64,000 nt of DNA. Source: Macrostomum lignano (taxonomy: Eukaryota). The DNA lies in contig NIVC01001341.1 of the NCBI GenBank assembly GCA_002269645.1, positions 62,001 to 126,000 on the forward strand. Reading direction: 5' to 3'. Shown here in pieces: positions 55,502 to 64,000 of this stretch. The position numbers were made by a program, and so were the translations under genes. The notes under the pieces were generated by a model, which saw only the letters and a list, made by a program, of their open reading frames with translations, made no database searches and was not told the DNA's origin. The first letter of the stretch is position 1. Every line of letters begins with the position of its first letter.

Positions 55502-57094
55502 TTAAGCTTGAGTTTCAGCTGAAAACGAGCCAAATCCTTCGCGCTTGGGGGTGGTCATCAGCCTGCTCGCTCCGCTGCTGCCGGCGATCCCGCCGCTGGC
55601 AGCGCCGCCGATGACGCCGCCACCGGCACCGCCGCCGCCACTCCGTCGTTTCGAGCAGAAGCCGGGAACTGGTCTGGCCCGCCACAGTCGAACAATCAAC
55701 GCTTTGAAGGCTCGCCGGTAATCAGCGGAGAAAAACGCGTAGATGAAGGGGTTTAAAGCGCTGTTCAGGTAGCCGAGCCAGAAGCAGAAGTCGAAAACTC
55801 GGGGCGGCACGCAGCCCGGACAGGCTGCACCGGACAGGTAGACAGAGAAGAAAGGCGCCCAGCAACCAACAAAGGCTACGCAGATGATCGCCAGCATGCG
55901 GGCCGCTTTGAGCTCCCGACCGTAACGAGCCGAGAAAAGCGGAGCTCCCGTCTGCCCTTCGCCACCGCCGCTGCCACCTCCGCCGCCTCTGTGCACCCGG
56001 AGCTCTCCGTATTGCCTGCGAGCCTGCACAGTGACCGTTCCCATGCGTCCAGCTCGCAAGGTGCGATGCACCACGCTACAGATCTTAGCGTACAAATAAG
56101 TCACCACTAGAAATGGGATGAAGAACGAACCAAGCGCTGAGTAGACAATGTATCCTCGTTCACTCTGAGCAATGGTGCATGTTGGACCCAGGCGAAGACA
56201 TCCGGTTGGCTTATCACTGGTGACCCCGATGTACCATTGTCAGCGTCATTTTCTAGCTCGTGCTGATTAGACGCGGAACCAGCCAGTAGGGTGGGCAGGC
56301 TGATGGCGCTGGCCAGAATCCACACGCCGGCAACCATGCCTCGAGCTCGGCGTCTATTCATCAACTTTGGATACTTCAACGGATGGCACAAGCTGAGGTA
56401 GCGGTCAAGACTGATGATCACTAGGTTGAGAATGGAGGCTGTGCAGGTCCAGACATCGGTAGCTAGCCAGATCTGGCACCATCGGCTGCCGAACACCCAG
56501 TGCTTGAGCAGCAGCTGGTGCACAGTTGAGAACGGTAGCACTGCAGCGCCAAGTAGAAGGTCGCTTAAAGCCAGGCTCACTACAAAGGTGCTGGTCAGCG
56601 CGTTTTGCAGCTTAGCCGATGTACAAGCGGCCAGAACAACCAACGTATTGCCTAGCACAACAATCAGATTAATGGTTACTAGGCATATCGCTAGCAGGAT
56701 AAAGCTGCCAGACTGCAGATAGGACCAGGTGAGGCAGGTCACGGTTGACAGAAGGGTTGACGGCGTTGTCTGCAAATCGTATAGAAAGACACAAAATAAA
56801 GAAAATTTATAAGTACTTTCTTTTGGCATCAATATCCGATCCGAGGAAATCAATAAACTTTCTTAGGTACACTTGACAGACCGGACTTGGATGATGTATC
56901 GATTCGGGGGGAATTCTTTTTGAACTAGTGTTCCTTGAACCTGCCGGTAGATTGTGTAAAATCTAACGCGACTTAATTAACGTTCATACATTGATAAAGT
57001 TAAATCAATTCCTTTTTTAACTTACCAGCAGCCAGTGACCCAAATTGTCGATATCGCTGAAATTGGATGCTCCAATCACTTTTAGATTGTCCAT
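55502..57094 (-). CDS. Oamb-like: Biogenic amine GPCR, alpha-adrenergic-like octopamine receptor (OAMB-like); one frameshift in ECL2
   Basis: Exon 1 57094-57026 (MDNLKVIGASNFS...|gtaagt, phase 0), exon 2 56769-55502. Motifs: GNTLV, LALSDLLLG, TM3 WLATDVWTCTASILNL, DRY, TM5 YSALGSFFIP (in the downstream frame), LRVHRG, CWAPFF, FWLGYLNSALNPFIY. Confidence 0.88.
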
Positions 57095-57349
57095 TTTTTG
57101 TGCTTTTTATGTGAACTTATGTGTTGTTTTAATTGTCTCAGCGTTCATGCGGCACTCTCTTTCTCTCTGTCAACTTTGTTACCGGCTATTATTATAACAA
57201 TTCCCCGCCCCAAGGTATGGCTGCTGTAGGTCCTTAAAATGGCGTTACCCACCAATAGGAATCCAACTTGTTCTCTAGCGAAATCTTCAAGACACAATCA
57301 GCTTTGAGCTCGTGGACTTTTCACAGAAAAGTTGTAGGCCGAATTTTTC

Positions 57350-57690
57350 ATTTGATGAGGCGCCATGCTATCTGATGAGGTGTCAGCTTATTTGATGAGG
57401 TGCCAGGTTATTTGATGAGGCGCTATGTTATTTGATGAGGCGCCATGTTATCTGATGAGGCGCCATGTTATTTGATGAGGCGCCATGTTATCTGATGAGG
57501 CGCCATGTCATTTCATGAAGCGTCATGTCATCTGATGAGGAGCCAGGTTATCTGATGAGGCGCCATGTCATTTCATGAAGCGCCATGTCATCTGATGAGG
57601 AGCCAGGTTATTTGATAATTTGATGAGGCGCCAGCTTGCTTGATGAGGTGCTATTGACTTTGATGAGGCGCCATGCCATTTGAAGAGGCT
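57350..57690. repeat. 20-bp minisatellite tgatgaggcgccatgttatt
   Basis: Direct reading. Confidence 0.93.
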
Positions 57691-57959
57691 TTAGTTTGAG
57701 GGGCTTTAGTAACAGCGGTAATATTTTTTGATTGGTACATTTATACGAATAGCACAGATTAAGTCTCAACGGAGGTTTAATAATTACAGTCAAAATTCCT
57801 TAAAGCACGTGCAATACTACTTTTTAGAAGAGAGTAGAACAATCATTCCAGATAAATTGGCACAAAAACTGAGAAAAATATTCCGAAAAAAACTTGAACG
57901 CCTCTTTTCATGGTCAATTTATTCAAGCTATACTGAGTTTGCCCTTTCTATTTGGGTTG

Positions 57960-58880
<921 letters not shown>

Positions 58881-59354
58881 GATGCAACCACCCTCGTCAT
58901 CAGCCAGCAGCCGAAGCCAATGAGATCAAGTTCCTGTCACATGGCATGCCATTGGGTGCTCATAGCAGATAGCTGGCCAGAGGTTATTGCTAAAGCGCTC
59001 GCACAGATTTACTTCACACTACAAGTCAAATCTGCTACGTGTCGACCAGCCTCGCTTCTGCTCTGCATCGTGCTGCCAGTGCGTTCATTTTTAGCGACAG
59101 AATTATCTACAAGCAAATGAACAATATACAAAAATGAGGTGCTCCAACGGAACCCTGTTATTTATCACTGTGATTTGGAAATTTTTTTGTTTGATCGCTT
59201 GGCTTCGTAAGTTCCTTTTAATGATGCTTAGCGATTTTTCGATTAGTAACTTTGAGCTCGCATTTAGTTTGTCAGGAGCATAAAACAGTCTAGTTGTACT
59301 CCTCTCGAAGAGAGCCTCCACTTTTCATGTCTTTGCTGCTTTGCTGTGTACCTG

Positions 59355-59665
<311 letters not shown>

Positions 59666-59727
59666 TCAATGACAGATCTAAGACAGTCAAGACTTGCAGT
59701 TTTGTAACCTATTAATTACCTCCCCAG

Positions 59728-62550
59728 CTTCCTGCTGCCCGTCATCTCCAACCCGGCCCGAACCGGCAGAGCAGCGGCTGTTTCAGCTGCTACTAAAAGA
59801 CTACGATAAGAGAGTCCGGCCAGTGCTGGACTCCTCCCAGCCAGTGAACATCAGCCTCGGGATCAGTTTGAACATGATTAGCGATATTGTGAGTTACTCT
59901 ATACTGAACCAGCTGCCAGTGCGTATATATTGAGCAGTTCTTATTAGTAATCCATTTTAGCATTAGAGCTCTCACGCAATCGCGTAAAAAAATTAAGAAG
60001 AGGCAGTGGGACTTTGCTCAGGAAAGAAGAAGACTCCAGAGCGACAGAACATGCAGCTAAATTCCAATAAGACAATCTTCTTCTTCTGCCCTCAAGGCAC
60101 TTTTGATTTCTCGTTGAAGTTCCTCTTCCCCAAATTTTTTTTATTATTAGAAAGACATTTATTGAGCAGGACAGTCCTGGAGAGTCTATCTTCGGGGTAT
60201 AATTGCTCAGGAAATTGAAATTGCTCAAAGAAGAATTAGAAGGAAAAAAATTATCGATGAAAGCTCCCGTAATCGTGCTCGCATCAAAAGGATGGGAAAC
60301 CGAGCTGAGCAGATGCTGGAAAAAATTCTGAAGCCCCTGGTGCTAAAGCCCTTTGGTGCTAAAGCCCCTGGTGCTAAAGCCCCTGGTGCTAAAGCCCCTT
60401 GGTGCTAAAGCCCCTGGTGCTAAAGCCCCTGGTGCTAAAGCCCCTGGTGCTAAAGCCCCTGGTGCTAAAGCCCCTGGTGCTAAAGCCCCTGGTGCTACAG
60501 CCCCTGGTGCTAAAGCCCCTGGTGCTAAAGCCCCTGGTGCTAAAGCCCCTGGTGCTAAAGCCCCTGGTGCTAAAGCCCCTGGTGCTAAAGCCCCTGGTGC
60601 TAAAGCCCCTGGTGCTAAAGCCCCTGGTGCTAAAGCCCCTGGTGCTAAAGCCCCTGGTGCTAAAGCCCCTGGTGCTAAAGCCCCTGGTGCTAAAGCCCCT
60701 GGTGCTAAAGCCCCTGGTGCTACAGCCCCTGGTGCTAAAGCCCCTGGTGCTAAAGCCCTGGTGCTAAAGCCCCTGGTGCTAAAGCCCCTGGTGCTAAAGC
60801 CCCTGGTGCTAAAGCCCCTGGTGCTAAAGCCCCTGGTGCTAAAGCCCCTGGTGCTAAAGCCCTGGTGCTAAAGCCCCTGGTGCTAAAGTCCCTGGTGCTA
60901 AAGCCCCTGGTGCTACAGCCCCTGGTGCTAAAGCCCCTGGTGCTAAAGCCCCTGGTGCTACAGCCCCTGGTGCTAAAGCCCCTGGTGCTAAAGCCCCTGG
61001 TGCTAAAGCCCCTGGTGCTAAAGCCCCTGGTGCTAAAGCCCCTGGTGCTAAAGCCCCTGGTGCTAAAGCTAAAGCCCCTGGTGCTAAAGCCCCTGGTGCT
61101 AAAGCCCCTGGTGCTAAAGCCCCTGGTGCTAAAGCGCTTGCAAGCAAATATCAAGGACAACTGAAGTAATCTATTTAAGTAGTCGTTGGCAAATATTTGT
61201 TAAATAACAATCAATCAAAAACAGCTGGTTGATTTTCCTAAATCCTATATACTAAAAATGATCTTATCTATTTTTTTCACAAATTTAATAAACAGTTTAA
61301 CATTTAGATAACTGCAAGTGCAATAATATACTTGCCTATTTTTCAGGACGAACGAAACCAAGTGTTGGCCACGAACGTCTGGCTTGACCAGGTAACTGCT
61401 GTGTATTAAAGTTGAAATGTAAATTGGTAATACTATACTGAGATACTGACTTTTTAAGAGATTAAAAGATTATTGATGTGTATTGCCGATATGATTTAAG
61501 ATCAGTAAATATAGCTAGAAATTCTTAATAAGCCTTACTAAACTTGATTTGTAGCCCATCTTTCGTCTAAGGTCATATTTTGGTCATGCCATTTTTCATC
61601 CAATAGCAATCATGGCAACAGATCGGTTTAGAGTTCGTTGAGACCCATTTATCAAATATTTTTCTTGTGGCCAATATCGTTGGAGAAGAAAATTTACTAG
61701 GCAATCAATCTTCCACGTGTATTTTGTTCATTTTTATTATAATGTCAAACAAGAGGAGTACAAGGTTATTGTGTGCACGCAAACCGAGTGTCTGCTCAAA
61801 AATAAGTGAATGTGGCGTTAAAATAAGTGAATATGGCGCTAAAATAAGTGAATGCGGCGCTAAAATAAGTGAATGTGGCGTTAAAATAAGTGAATGTGGC
61901 GTTAAAATGAGTGACTGTTGTGCTAAAATAAGTGAATGCGGCGCTAAAAAAATTGTGAATTGTGGCGCTAAAATAAATGAATGTGGCGCTAAAATAAGTG
62001 AATGTGGCGTTAAAATAAGTGAATGTGGCGTTAAAATAAGTGAATGTGGCGTTAAAATAAGTGAATGTGGCGTTAAAATAAGTGAGTGTGGCGCTAAAAT
62101 GAGTGACTGTTGTGCTAAAATAAGTGAATGTGGCGCTAAAAAGGTAAATGTGGCGCTAAAATAAGTGAATAAGGCTCCAAAATGATGGAATGCGGCGTAA
62201 TATGATCTCCTGTCACTCTGAATATGACCTACTGTCACTCCCATAAATTTCCTGTCACCTCAATATGATCTCCGGTCACTCTCAATATGACTTGTCACTT
62301 TCAATATGATACCTGGCACTCTAAATATGATCCCCGGTCACTCTTAGCAAGCACCACTGTTTGCCTTTAAAAATGAGCTGTATATTGCAGTTTGTTTATT
62401 TCCTAAAACAAAATTAAAACTCCCCAAAAAACCACTGCAGTCCTGGATTGACCCTCGGCTATCCTGGCAACCGGGACACTTCTCCAACTTTTCTAAACTT
62501 CGAATACCCTGCGACCTGCTCTGGTTACCGGACATTGTGCTCTACAATAG
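59728..62550 (+). CDS. Second nicotinic acetylcholine receptor subunit, 5' exons only (continues beyond window)
   Basis: Exons 59728-59888 ([20 protein letters not shown]...SLNMISDI|gtgagt), 61347-61391 ([15 protein letters not shown], 45 nt), 62441-62550 (SWIDPRLSW...[16 protein letters not shown], 110 nt). Signal-peptide exon uncertain; alpha versus non-alpha cannot be judged. Confidence 0.9.
60330..61135. repeat. 15-bp minisatellite ggtgctaaagcccct
   Basis: About 54 copies; GAKAP/LKPLV ORFs are artefacts. Confidence 0.98.
61790..62170. repeat. 20-bp minisatellite taaaataagtgaatgtggcg
   Basis: Direct reading. Confidence 0.94.
62205..62345. repeat. Degenerate about 21-bp repeat atatgatctcctgtcactct
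   Basis: About 6 diverged copies. Confidence 0.75.
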
Positions 62551-63302
62551 GTAAGAACTATTACGGCTGGTATATACGGTATGTAATGCGCGTGAAATAG
62601 CAGAAACCCGAGCGCCTGACCAGACGACCTTGATTGGCCAACCGGAAGTGGCGTCATCGGGTTTCAGCAGGTTCTCTATGTCGAACTCTGCAGACTGATA
62701 ATTTGATTTCGACTCTACAGAAAATATTCAGGGTCACGTGCTGCTGTGCAGATCAGTTGAACCTTCGGACCATAGCTCGACAGATTGTCACGAATAGAAT
62801 GCCGCACGGAGGGAGGATGTTGTTGACAGATTTCCTTTAAAAAAATTTGCTTCGTCAACGGATTGGACAGAACTGCCTCAGCGCTGGCAAGGATGAATGC
62901 CACAAAATCTGCAGATGAATGATTACAATATTCGACAATCGCAGTGACACAGTTTTGCGCAAATCTGATTCCCACTAATCTCCTACAGGATTTGGTTATT
63001 CCGAGAGAACAGTTCTCCCCTCGACTCCAAGTCGAATTCTCCAATTCTTTCTCCAAAAGTCCAATTCTCCCAAAAATAAAATTATATATAGCTCGTATAC
63101 TATTCAATATCTATAACTATACGTATTAATTTAACTTGCAGAAAGTTTATTTATCTATATCAGACGGGGAAAGGATTCAGTTCGTACTAAGTCAAGAATA
63201 TAGGTCGTCTAGCAATATATGTAGCTGTTTTGCAGCTGAGTTGTGCTCTAAAAAATCCACATATACTAAATCTCTAAGATCTTACTTCTTCTAATTGTAT
63301 AT

Positions 63303-63580
63303 CTTTATTAGAGGCAGGGGGCTGCGCGCACTTTAAGCGACATTGTCACACAACCGGCAAGAGGCATTACTGCCCCATTCCGCCGACTCCCCTGAGCAGG
63401 CACACAAGCGCGCGGATACGTACGCAGTCATACGCACAGGCACACACACACACAGGAGTGTACAGCGGCCCTAACTTTATTTATCGTTAGACATGTACAC
63501 TTCACTGTGCCTTGGGGGGTTGGGCCTCAAGGCCGTTAATTGCACGAGCAGAGCCAAGCCGAGACTCCAATGAAGCACTG
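63303..63580 (-). mobile_element. SINE family A, 5'-truncated copy
   Basis: Body nearly identical to the 12290 copy; tRNA head absent. Confidence 0.85.
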
Positions 63581-64000
63581 CTTCTGTCCTCACTAATTGG
63601 CTAAATTAAATCCAGAACAATAGACTGGAGAGCCATAGTGGACCAAACTGATGCTTACTTTGTACTATTATAGCTTTATGACGCGAGGGCCAATATCTGT
63701 GCCTGTTTACAACCAAAAACCATTACCACCCGCTATATAATTGAGCGGTACAGAGAGAAGGCACAATAAGTAGGTTGATGCAAGGAGCTGTCTATGGTCA
63801 AAACTCTACTAACCCTATTTCTGAAGATTATTTACATAGAAAGCAAAGAATAGCTAGTCTATGGTAATATTAAAAGTGGCCGGGCTCCGCCCCCACAAAC
63901 CAAACAAATGTCTATGGCAAAAATAGAAAAATAAAATTCAATTAGAGATTCGATTCAATACCCGCAAGTCTAACTAGGCTGAAAAATAGCAATGTTAACT

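Noticed and set aside
60353-61164. Elastin- or collagen-like GAKAP repeat protein
   Set aside because: 15-bp minisatellite within an nAChR-2 intron, open in several frames on both strands.

Overview
Repeat-rich eukaryotic (invertebrate animal) genomic DNA. The overall style recalls the flatworm Macrostomum, but that is an unverified impression. No prokaryotic systems, CRISPR arrays or rRNA were seen. Contents: (1) A complete alpha7-like nicotinic acetylcholine receptor gene (+, 8050-27448, about 561 aa) with CHRNA7-like exon sizes. It carries two adjacent pairs of tandem, same-size, same-phase alternative exons, 7a/7b (loop C + TM1, 195 nt) and 8a/8b (pore-lining TM2, 87 nt), plus a 23-aa Cys-bracketed insertion in loop F. 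(2) A nested transposon complex at 29518-42625: an EnSpm/CACTA-like non-autonomous DNA element containing a tRNA-SINE (itself split by an 8-bp-TSD MITE) and a very young full-length Ty3/gypsy LTR retrotransposon (32686-42563). The latter has a tRNA-Leu PBS, a -1 frameshift signal, a repeat-containing RNaseH-integrase spacer and an extra non-Env ORF with SUMO-interaction-like and LC8-binding-like motifs. (3) A NHERF/EBP50-like PDZ gene. (4) A two-exon acidic orphan gene and the last exons of a single-pass membrane protein gene (both -). (5) An OAMB-like octopamine receptor gene (-) with one frameshift. (6) The first exons of a second nAChR subunit (+), running off the window. Micro- and minisatellites account for most long entries in the ORF track. 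All exon models were derived by eye from splice signals, phase and homology remembered from known families; no database search was run.
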